A DNA stretch of 64,000 bases from Christensenellales bacterium (GTDB lineage: Bacteria > Bacillota > Clostridia > Christensenellales > UBA1242). Position 1 is the first letter of the stretch. Each line of letters starts with the position of its first letter. Both the position numbers and the translations under genes were made by a program. The notes below the pieces were generated by a model that worked only from the letters and a program-made list of their open reading frames with translations, had not been told where the DNA came from and made no database searches. This document shows, one piece after another, positions 10,193 to 18,876 of this stretch. Location of the stretch: the NCBI GenBank assembly GCA_051889995.1, contig JBJFDL010000001.1, forward strand, positions 24,393-88,392. Direction: 5' to 3'.

Positions 10193-12157
10193 ATGGGAAG
10201 AATAAATTTATTAGACGCAAACGTATTTAATAAAATTGCTGCTGGAGAAGTAGTAGAAAAGCCAGCATCAATTGTTAAAGAATTTATTGAAAATTCACTT
10301 GACAGTGGTGCAAATGAAATCATTATTGAAATAGAAAATGGTGGAATAGATAAAATCCGTGTTGCAGATAATGGCTGTGGTATACATCCAGATGATGTTA
10401 AAACTGCCTTTTTACCACATTCAACAAGCAAAATTAAAACAGTTGAAGACCTTTCTTCTATTTTAACATTAGGATTTCGTGGCGAAGCGCTTGCAAGTAT
10501 TGCATCCGTTAGTAAAATCACATTACAAACAAAGCAAAAAGATTTTGAACTAGGAAAGAAGATTAAACTAGAGGGTGGAATTATAAAGTTTTTTGAAGAC
10601 ACTTCAATTAGCGATGGAACGATTGTTGAAGTTGAAGATTTATTCTTTAACATTCCAGCAAGAAGAAAATTTTTAAGAAAAGCAAAGACTGAAGAAAATG
10701 AAATTACCAATTTAATTGTAAGATATATATTAGCAAACCCAACAATTAAGTTTTCATATTTTGTAGACAATGAAAAAATTTATCAAACAAATGGAACTGG
10801 TCTGTTGGACGCAATCTATTTAGTTTATAAAAAAGATATATTAAATAACTTAATAGAAGTAGATTATCATGTTGATGATGTGACAATTAAGGGTTACATT
10901 TCAAAACCGACCCATTCTATGAGCAACAGAACATATCAAACGTTAGTTATAAACAAAAGATATGTTATTAATTCATTAGTATCAACAGCGGTTCAAAATG
11001 CTTATGAAGGTTCTTTAATGAAGGGACAATTTCCATTTTTTGTTTTAAATTTTAATTTGCCAATTTCATCTTTGGATGTTAATGTTCATCCTAATAAATT
11101 AGATGTCAAGTTTGAAAACACACAAAAAGTCTTTGGATATTTTTATAGTGCAATTAAAAAGGCATTATTAAATTTTAATGAAATAAAAAAAATAGATGAT
11201 GATTTGCCACTTATTGAAAATAATATGCCAAAACCTGTTTCAAATTTTGTTGGAAAAAGTTTTGAAGAACAGAAACCTTTAAACAATGAAGTTGTTATTG
11301 AAGAAAACAAAACAACAAAAAATATTAATACCCTAATAAGAGAAAAAACAAATAAAATATTAAGTGAAAGCGAAGTTTTTGAAGATTATAAGTCTTTTTC
11401 AAATTTACCAAATTTTCATGATTCTCCAATTATGTCAAAATTACTAGACAAGCAACTTGAACAAACTAATAAAGAAAATATAATTAGTGAAGTTAATATT
11501 CAAACAAAGGGTAATTTCATAACAGAAACAATACAAGAAGAGTTTGCTTCAAAACAAGATGTTTTTGAAAATTTAACTATAAAAAATTATAAAATTATAG
11601 GTTCGATTTTTGATACTTATATTTTAGTTCAAATTGATGACAGTGTATTTGTTTTTGACCAACATGCTTGCCATGAAAGATTAAATTATGATAAGTTAAT
11701 TAATGCAATTAATTCGAAAGAATTAACATTACAACCTTTATTACTTCCATACATTTTAGAAACGAATAGTTTGGAAACGAATTTTATTGAAGAAAATTTA
11801 CAAAATCTAAATGAAATTGGTTTTCAAATTAGTGAATTTGGGAAAGATTGCTTTAAAATTTCAAGCATTCCTAGTATGCTAGCTGAAATAAATTTAGGTG
11901 AGTTTTTTAAGGAAATTTTAAGCGATTTAACAACTTTAAAAAAGATTAATTCAATTGATATATTAAAAGAAAAATTAAGTCAAAAAGCCTGTAAGGCAAG
12001 TGTTAGAGCTGGCGATAAATTAAGTGAAAAAGAAATTGAATTATTGCTTGAATTAATGAAAGAGAGCAATATGACTTTGTCTTGTCCTCATGGTCGTCCA
12101 GCAGTTATTGAAATAACAAAAAATGAATTAGAAAAATGGTTTAAAAGGAAAATTTAA
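10193..12157 (+). CDS. mutL: DNA mismatch repair endonuclease MutL
   Basis: NKIAAGEVVE, GFRGEALASI, DQHACHER, CPHGRP. Confidence 0.98.
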   Translation: MGRINLLDANVFNKIAAGEVVEKPASIVKEFIENSLDSGANEIIIEIENGGIDKIRVADNGCGIHPDDVKTAFLPHSTSKIKTVEDLSSILTLGFRGEALASIASVSKITLQTKQKDFELGKKIKLEGGIIKFFEDTSISDGTIVEVEDLFFNIPARRKFLRKAKTEENEITNLIVRYILANPTIKFSYFVDNEKIYQTNGTGLLDAIYLVYKKDILNNLIEVDYHVDDVTIKGYISKPTHSMSNRTYQTLVINKRYVINSLVSTAVQNAYEGSLMKGQFPFFVLNFNLPISSLDVNVHPNKLDVKFENTQKVFGYFYSAIKKALLNFNEIKKIDDDLPLIENNMPKPVSNFVGKSFEEQKPLNNEVVIEENKTTKNINTLIREKTNKILSESEVFEDYKSFSNLPNFHDSPIMSKLLDKQLEQTNKENIISEVNIQTKGNFITETIQEEFASKQDVFENLTIKNYKIIGSIFDTYILVQIDDSVFVFDQHACHERLNYDKLINAINSKELTLQPLLLPYILETNSLETNFIEENLQNLNEIGFQISEFGKDCFKISSIPSMLAEINLGEFFKEILSDLTTLKKINSIDILKEKLSQKACKASVRAGDKLSEKEIELLLELMKESNMTLSCPHGRPAVIEITKNELEKWFKRKI

Positions 12158-13053
12158 TGAAAAAAATACTTTTAATTGGTGGTTCAACTGGGGTTGGAAA
12201 AACAAAACTCGCTTGTATGTGCAAGGATTTATTTAATGGCTATTTGATTTCGTGTGATAGTATGCAAATATATAAAGATATGAATATTGGAACGGCAAAA
12301 TCAAGTTTAGAAGAACAAAAAGATTATCCACAAGCACTTCTTGATGTTGTAAATCCTAATCAAGAATTTTCAGTCGCAGAATATGTTGAGTTATGTAAAA
12401 AAGAAATTGAAAAGGCATTCAAACAAAACAAACTTCCAATTTTAGTAGGGGGAACGGGTCTTTATATGAAAAGTTTGCTTTTCCCTTATTCATTTTCAAA
12501 AACAGCAAAAAACGAAGAATTAAGAGAGCATTACAAAAAACTTTGTGAGGAAAAAGGCAATGAGTTTGTATATAACATACTAAAAGAAAAATCTCCAGAA
12601 AGAGCAAAGATGTTGCACTATAACGACACTAAAAGAGTAATTAGAAGTCTTGAAATAATTGATAGTGGCGAAGATTTTAATCAAGAAAACATTTCACCAG
12701 TCTATGATTATGAGTTAATTGTTTTAACGCTTGATAGGGCTAAATTATATGATAAAATTAATGAAAGAGTTGATAAAATGTTTACCGAAGGCCTGTTAGA
12801 TGAAGTTGAAAATGTTATTAAAAAATATAATTTAAATGAAAATAGTCAAAGTATGAGTGCAATCGGTTATAAAGAGTTTTTTGAATATTTTAACGGACAA
12901 AAAACTTTAGATGAAGTTAAGGAATTAATAAAAATGCACTCACGAAATTATGCAAAAAGACAAATTACATGGTTTAAAACAATGCCAAATGCAAAATTCT
13001 TTGAATTAGAAAAACTAGATGAAATCTTAAATTATTTAAAGGAGAATTTATAA
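12157..13053 (+). CDS. miaA: tRNA dimethylallyltransferase
   Basis: GSTGVGKT, DSMQIYKDMNIGTAK, VGGTGLY, YAKRQITW. Confidence 0.96.
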   Translation: MKKILLIGGSTGVGKTKLACMCKDLFNGYLISCDSMQIYKDMNIGTAKSSLEEQKDYPQALLDVVNPNQEFSVAEYVELCKKEIEKAFKQNKLPILVGGTGLYMKSLLFPYSFSKTAKNEELREHYKKLCEEKGNEFVYNILKEKSPERAKMLHYNDTKRVIRSLEIIDSGEDFNQENISPVYDYELIVLTLDRAKLYDKINERVDKMFTEGLLDEVENVIKKYNLNENSQSMSAIGYKEFFEYFNGQKTLDEVKELIKMHSRNYAKRQITWFKTMPNAKFFELEKLDEILNYLKENL

Positions 13054-13700
13054 TGGAAAAATTGGTTATAGCCGTTGATGGTCCAAGTGCTAGTGGTAAA
13101 AGTACAGTTTGTGATTTATTAGCAAAGAAATTAAATATTAATCACTTGTCTAGTGGTTCATTATATAGAGCTGTTGCGTTGTATTTATATGAAAATAATA
13201 TAGATTATGACAAAAACATAGAAAAATATTTAAAAGATATAAATATTGATGTTGTTTTTGAAAATTATATACAAAAGATTTTTTTAAATAATGAAGATGT
13301 AACTTCAAAATTAAATCAAGAAATTATTTCAACAATTTCGTCAATAATATCAAAAAAAGAATATGTTAGGGATTTTATAAAATCATTACAATTAATGTTA
13401 GCAAATAAAATGGATATTATTATTGACGGGAGGGATATAACGAGTGTTGTTTTAAAAGATGCAAAATATAAGTTTTATATTGATGCTTCTTGTGAAGAAA
13501 GAGCTAGAAGAAGATTTTTGCAACAGCAACAAAAGATATCTTATGAACAAATTTTAGAAGATATAATTTCTCGTGATAAAAGAGATATGGAAAGAGAATT
13601 GTGTCCATTAATTAAAACAGATGATTCTATTGTTATAAATACAGATAATTTAACAATAGAGGAAGTTGTTGAAAAAATGTATAAAATTATTATAAAATAA
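13053..13700 (+). CDS. cmk: cytidylate kinase
   Basis: AVDGPSASGKST, LYRAVA, DGRDI, RDKRD. Confidence 0.95.
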   Translation: MEKLVIAVDGPSASGKSTVCDLLAKKLNINHLSSGSLYRAVALYLYENNIDYDKNIEKYLKDINIDVVFENYIQKIFLNNEDVTSKLNQEIISTISSIISKKEYVRDFIKSLQLMLANKMDIIIDGRDITSVVLKDAKYKFYIDASCEERARRRFLQQQQKISYEQILEDIISRDKRDMERELCPLIKTDDSIVINTDNLTIEEVVEKMYKIIIK

Positions 13701-13758
13701 CAAAAATCCTTTGAAAATGACATAAAATATTATAAAATTAAATAAAAGGAAAATAACA

Positions 13759-14343
13759 ATGATATATTTTTTGGCTTATATTTTGTGCTGGTTGCCTTTG
13801 AAAATATTTTTACCAATAAAAATTATTGGAAAGAAAAATTTATTAAAAGGGAAAGCAATTCTTTGTTGCAATCATCATTCTAATTGGGACTTTGCGCCCA
13901 TTTATTACATAGCGAAGTCAAAACTTTATGTTTTATGTAAAGATTCTTTGTTTAAAAATAAATTCTTTGCTTTTATTTTAACAAGACTTCGTGGGATTGC
14001 AATAAACAGAGAAAAACCAGAAATTTCAAGTATAAAAAAATGTTTAACAGTTTTGAATAATAACAATAACTTACTAATTTTTCCAGAAGGCACAAGAACA
14101 AAAGAAGAAGAAATGTCTAGTGCTAAAGGTGGAGTTGGTATGTTTTGCTTAAAAACAAATGCACCAATTATTCCAATGATGTATGAAAAGAAAAATAAAA
14201 TTTTTAGAAGAAATAGATTAATAATTGGTGAGCCTATCTATTTTAATTTGGAATATAGTAAAGAGAACATTCAAGTTGTAACTGAAAGACTAGAATTAGA
14301 AATGAATAATCTTAAAAAGACTTTAGAGGAGAGCAAAAAATGA
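13759..14343 (+). CDS. plsC: 1-acyl-sn-glycerol-3-phosphate acyltransferase
   Basis: NHHSNWD and FPEGTR motifs. Confidence 0.88.
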   Translation: MIYFLAYILCWLPLKIFLPIKIIGKKNLLKGKAILCCNHHSNWDFAPIYYIAKSKLYVLCKDSLFKNKFFAFILTRLRGIAINREKPEISSIKKCLTVLNNNNNLLIFPEGTRTKEEEMSSAKGGVGMFCLKTNAPIIPMMYEKKNKIFRRNRLIIGEPIYFNLEYSKENIQVVTERLELEMNNLKKTLEESKK

Positions 14344-15170
14344 TTTTAATTTTATCAGGAAGTTCGTGTTCGGGGAAGAATACAATAATAAAAAAATTAA
14401 CTAATTTAAATGAAGATGTAAAATTAATACCAACATTCACAACTCGTGATAAACGACCAAATGAAACAGAAGGTAATCCATATCACTATCTAACAAAATC
14501 AGAATTTCAAAATAAAATAAAAAAAGGTGATTTTTTTGAACATGAATTAATTCATAATAACTTTTACGGTGTTGAAAAAAATCATTGCAATGAAATGTTA
14601 AAATCTTCTAAACATTTAATTAAAGATTTAGGAGTTATTGGAACGTTTAACTTAAAAGAAAATTTACAAGATTCTTATGTTGAAACTGTGTTTTTATATG
14701 TTAATAAATGTGAATTGAAAAGACGTTTAATTCAGAGGGGAGATGATAAAAAAGACATTAAACTTCGCTTAAAACGTTTTAAATTTGAAAAAAGTTATAT
14801 AAATAGATATAATTTTTTAATTGAAAATTACGATTTAAACAAAACAGTTAAAATTCTTAATAAATTAATTGAACTAAATAATGAAAAATTTTATGAATAT
14901 ATTGAACCACTACGCGATATATCTTGCGTTAATTTTAAAAAATTAAATCAATATTGTGATAAAATGATAAATAATAAAAGATTTAAACCTTTAAATGTGT
15001 ATTTCAATGGAAAAGATTTTTATTTGAAAGATAATATTGAATTGTATTTAGCATCAGTATTGACCAATAAGAATGTTACTAAAAAAATTATATTTAAAGA
15101 AGTTGCATATGATACAAAAGATTATTTACAAAAAGTAGTTGATTTTATAAAAAACAATGAAGAAAATTAA
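14340..15170 (+). CDS. gmk: guanylate kinase-like protein with ~95 aa C-terminal extension
   Basis: SGSSCSGKNT, TTRDKRPNETEGNPYHY, NFYG, RLIQRG. Confidence 0.8.
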   Translation: MILILSGSSCSGKNTIIKKLTNLNEDVKLIPTFTTRDKRPNETEGNPYHYLTKSEFQNKIKKGDFFEHELIHNNFYGVEKNHCNEMLKSSKHLIKDLGVIGTFNLKENLQDSYVETVFLYVNKCELKRRLIQRGDDKKDIKLRLKRFKFEKSYINRYNFLIENYDLNKTVKILNKLIELNNEKFYEYIEPLRDISCVNFKKLNQYCDKMINNKRFKPLNVYFNGKDFYLKDNIELYLASVLTNKNVTKKIIFKEVAYDTKDYLQKVVDFIKNNEEN

Positions 15171-15173
15171 TTT

Positions 15174-15198
15174 AACATCACTTCGGTGGTGTTTTTTT
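15174..15198 (+). terminator. intrinsic terminator
   Basis: AACATCAC-TTCG-GTGGTGTT + T tract. Confidence 0.85.
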
Positions 15199-15364
15199 AA
15201 CTTTGTTTATGAATAAATATTCAAAACAAAGAATAATTATTAGTTTAATTACTATTAAAAGCATATAAATTATGTAAAAAAATATAATATGCTAAAATAC
15301 TCTAATTTCTTTGACTTTATTAAAATGAATGTGTTATACTTTTAATTAGTAAAGGACTTGAAAT

Positions 15365-16750
15365 ATGAATAATAATTTGACTATGGATAAGCTTGTAAGT
15401 TTGTGTAAAAATCGTGGAATAATTTTCGCCGGAAGTGAAATTTATGGCGGTATGGGAAATACTTGGGATTATGGTCCTATTGGTGTTGAAATAAAAAACA
15501 ATATTAAAAAAATTTGGTGGAAAAAAATCGTTCAAGAACATAATAATGTATATGGCGTGGATCCAGCGATTTTAATGAATCCAAGAGTTTGGGATGCAAG
15601 TGGACACACGTCTGGCTTTAGTGACCCTAAAATGGATTGTAAAAATTGTAAAACTCGTCATAGAGCAGACAATTTAATTGAAGATTATAATAACAAACAT
15701 AATATTGAAATGAATGTTGATGCTATGACTAATGAAGAAATGGAAAATTACATAAAAGAGCACGGCATTAAATGTCCAAAGTGTGGAAATTCGAATTTTA
15801 CAGAGATAAAAAATTTTAAACTTATGTTTGAAACACATAGAGGTGTTGTTGAAGGTGATACTGATATTGTTTATTTAAGACCAGAAACTGCACAAGGGGA
15901 ATATGTCAATTTTTTGAATGTTCAAAGAAGTATGCGTGCAAAAGTTCCTTTTGGTATAGCAAACATTGGTAAAGCTTTTAGAAATGAAATCACACCAGGA
16001 AACTTTATTTTTAGAACAATAGAATTTGAGCAAATGGAACATCAATTCTTTTGTAATGAAAAAGATGGAATGAAATATTATGAATATTATAAAAATTTTT
16101 CAATGGAATTTTTTAAAAGTATAGGAATAAATCCTAATAAACTTCGTTTTAAAGACCACGATAAACTAGCATTTTATGCTAAAGCTGCTTGTGATGTTCA
16201 ATATGAATTTCCTTTTGGTTGGCAAGAATTGAATGGAACACATTTAAGAGGAACTTGGGATTTATCTCGTCATCAAGAATATAGTGGAAAAAGTATGGAA
16301 TATTTAGACCCATTCACTAATGAAAAATTTATTCCAACAGTTGTTGAACATACAATTGGTTGTGATAGATGTATGTTAACAGTTTTATGCGATGCATACA
16401 ATGAAGAGATGCTAGATAATGGTGAAACGAGAGTTGTAATGAAAATTCATCCTGCATTATCTGCATTCAAACTTGCAATCTTGCCTTTAATGAAAAAAGA
16501 ACATGGTGAAAAAGCCCAAAACTTATTCAACGAGTTTTCTAAATATTTTAATTGTGATTATGATGATAGTGGTTCTATTGGAAAAAGATATCGTCGTCAC
16601 GATGAAATTGGAACACCATTTTGTTTAACAGTTGATGATAACACATTAAAAGATAATACAGTAACAATTCGTTTTAGAGATAGTATGGAACAAATCACAA
16701 TTAAAGTCGATGAAGTTAAAGATTTTGTTCTAGATAAAATTTTTGTTTAG
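15365..16750 (+). CDS. glyQS: glycine--tRNA ligase (alpha2 type)
   Basis: YLRPETAQG, GKAFRNEITPGNFIFRT, SIGKRYRRHDEIGTP. Confidence 0.97.
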   Translation: MNNNLTMDKLVSLCKNRGIIFAGSEIYGGMGNTWDYGPIGVEIKNNIKKIWWKKIVQEHNNVYGVDPAILMNPRVWDASGHTSGFSDPKMDCKNCKTRHRADNLIEDYNNKHNIEMNVDAMTNEEMENYIKEHGIKCPKCGNSNFTEIKNFKLMFETHRGVVEGDTDIVYLRPETAQGEYVNFLNVQRSMRAKVPFGIANIGKAFRNEITPGNFIFRTIEFEQMEHQFFCNEKDGMKYYEYYKNFSMEFFKSIGINPNKLRFKDHDKLAFYAKAACDVQYEFPFGWQELNGTHLRGTWDLSRHQEYSGKSMEYLDPFTNEKFIPTVVEHTIGCDRCMLTVLCDAYNEEMLDNGETRVVMKIHPALSAFKLAILPLMKKEHGEKAQNLFNEFSKYFNCDYDDSGSIGKRYRRHDEIGTPFCLTVDDNTLKDNTVTIRFRDSMEQITIKVDEVKDFVLDKIFV

Positions 16751-16777
16751 TATGGTAAATTAAAAAGGAGGTTAAAA

Positions 16778-17206
16778 ATGATTTGGATTTATATTTGGCT
16801 TGGAGTTGTTGTGCTTTCATTAATTGTTGAATTTGTAACTATGGAATTAGTTTCAATTTGGATTACTGCTGGCTCATTAATAGCAATGATATTAGCTGCA
16901 TGTGGCGTTTCATATGAAATACAAATTATTGTCGCTGTTGCTGTTTCAATTGCTTGCATTATTGGATTGAGAAAAATAACATTAAAGTTCTTAAACAAAA
17001 ATGAAACAAAAACTAATGCCGATTCATTAATTGGGACAAAAGCTAAATTAATAACAAGTATAACTGCTGATGAAATGGGGACAGTAAAATATAATGGAAT
17101 TATATGGAATTGCACAACTCAAGACGGAAGCGAAATAGAAAAAGATTGCCATATAGAAATTTTAAAAATAGAAGGCAATAAATTAATAGTTAAAAAATCA
17201 GATTAA
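16778..17206 (+). CDS. NfeD-family membrane protein
   Basis: hydrophobic N-terminus plus OB-fold tail (GTVKYNGIIW); next to SPFH gene. Confidence 0.85.
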   Translation: MIWIYIWLGVVVLSLIVEFVTMELVSIWITAGSLIAMILAACGVSYEIQIIVAVAVSIACIIGLRKITLKFLNKNETKTNADSLIGTKAKLITSITADEMGTVKYNGIIWNCTTQDGSEIEKDCHIEILKIEGNKLIVKKSD

Positions 17207-17225
17207 TTTAAAGGAGAATAGAAAA

Positions 17226-18158
17226 ATGTCTACATTAGGTATAGTGCTAATAGTATTAGGTGCACTGATATTATTTATTTTAAGTTGTTGTATAAGAATT
17301 ATAAAACAATCTACAGCGAGAGTTGTAGAAAGACTTGGGAAATATAACAGAACGCTTCAAACAGGTGTTCATTTAATTGTTCCTTTCATTGAACGTTGTG
17401 GTCCAGAAATTAGCTTAAAAGAAAAAGTTGCAGATTTTCCACCTCAACCAATCATAACAAAAGATAATGTTACAATGCAAATTGATACAGTTGTATATTA
17501 TCAAGTTACTGACCCAAAACTTTACTCATATGGCGTTGAAAGACCAATTTCAGCAATCGAAAATTTAACAGCAACTACATTAAGAAATATTGTTGGTGAA
17601 TTGGAACTAGATGAAACGTTAACAAGTAGAGATACTGTTAACACAAAAATGAGAAAAATTCTTGATGAAGCAACAGACCCATGGGGAATTAAAATTAATC
17701 GTGTTGAATTAAAAAACATTGACCCTCCAAAGGCAATAAGAGAAGCCATGGAAAAACAAATGCGTGCAGAAAGAGAAAGAAGAGAAGCTATTTTGCTTGC
17801 AGAAGGTGAAAAGAGAAGTAGTATCTTAATTGCAGAAGGTGAAAAAGAATCAGCAATTTTAAGAGCTGAAGCTAAAAAAGCAGCATTAATTGCTGAAGCC
17901 GAAGGTAAAGCAGAAGCTATTAGAAAAATTATTGAAGCCCATCCAGACAAAGCTTACATCACATTAGAAGGATATGAAGCATTAAAATCTGTTGCTAATG
18001 GAAATAGCACAAAACTTATTGTGCCAAGCGACCTTGCAAATATTTCAAGTTTAGTATCATCTGTTGGCGAAATGGTAAACTTTTCAAAAGAGTCAGCAAA
18101 TAAAAAAGTAGAAGAAAAGAAACTAATTGAAGAAAAAGAAGAAAAAAAGACTAAATAA
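17226..18158 (+). CDS. SPFH/band 7 (QmcA/stomatin-like) protein
   Basis: VVERLGKY, ITKDNV, TTLRNIVG, AMEKQMRAERERR. Confidence 0.93.
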   Translation: MSTLGIVLIVLGALILFILSCCIRIIKQSTARVVERLGKYNRTLQTGVHLIVPFIERCGPEISLKEKVADFPPQPIITKDNVTMQIDTVVYYQVTDPKLYSYGVERPISAIENLTATTLRNIVGELELDETLTSRDTVNTKMRKILDEATDPWGIKINRVELKNIDPPKAIREAMEKQMRAERERREAILLAEGEKRSSILIAEGEKESAILRAEAKKAALIAEAEGKAEAIRKIIEAHPDKAYITLEGYEALKSVANGNSTKLIVPSDLANISSLVSSVGEMVNFSKESANKKVEEKKLIEEKEEKKTK

Positions 18159-18385
18159 TAACTAATTTTAATAGAGAAAACGAGCATAAATTTGTTCGTT
18201 TTCTCGAATAAAATTATAAATTTTTGTTAATTATAAAAAAAAATATAAAAAATTAAAAAAAAATTAAAAAATTTGTTGACAAAGAATTTTTAATAATGTA
18301 TAATCACATTGTTCGCGAAATTGGTAAAAAGGAAATTTATTTTATTTGACTTAATTTTGCAAACTCAAGCAATTAAATATTATGT

Positions 18386-18461
18386 GCTGGTGTGGCTCAA
18401 TTGGCAGAGCAGCTGACTTGTAATCAGCAGGTTGATGGTTCGATTCCATTCACCAGCTCCA
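18386..18461 (+). tRNA. tRNA-Thr(TGT)
   Basis: GCTGGTG acceptor stem, CT-TGT-AA anticodon loop, GGTTCGATTCC, encoded CCA. Confidence 0.97.
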
Positions 18462-18510
18462 CTTTTAAAAATTTGTTTTAAATAAAGTTTAAAACATTTT
18501 TTTAAAATAA

Positions 18511-18595
18511 GGTTGGGTTCCCGAGCGGCCAAAGGGAGCAGACTGTAAATCTGCCGACCATGTCTTCGATGGTTCGAATCCATCCCCAACCACCA
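18511..18595 (+). tRNA. tRNA-Tyr(GTA)
   Basis: CCGAGCGGCCAAAGGG D arm, CT-GTA-AA loop, long variable arm, CCA. Confidence 0.97.
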
Positions 18596-18876
18596 AAATT
18601 CACTTTTGTTATTATAACGAGAGTGATTTTTTTTTAATTTTTTATTTTTACTTTGATAAATTTAAAAAGAAACTAATAGATATTAAATTAAAAAAGTGAT
18701 AATGTAATTAATTTTTATTATTTATGAAAAGTATATTATTTTTAAATGATAAAAACAAATTTCTCTTATTGCCCTATAAGAGATTTTTATTAAATTTTAT
18801 TTTACAAATGCAAATACTTGACTTAATATACTTAATTTTGTTATTATATATAATACTTATTTTTATGGAGAACAGT

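Noticed and set aside
10177..10770. long antisense ORFs (also 17522-17950, 31298-31846, 32381-32896, 56030-56512 and similar)
   Set aside because: Opposite-strand shadows of well-supported genes, without motifs or RBS.
18380..18589. 69 aa minus-strand ORF
   Set aside because: Antisense shadow of tRNA-Thr and tRNA-Tyr.
18724..18876. N-terminal extensions in the ORF track (leuS; also miaB, ctsR, PBP, 61836, 62779)
   Set aside because: They run through promoter DNA; RBS/promoter positions and homology support the downstream starts.
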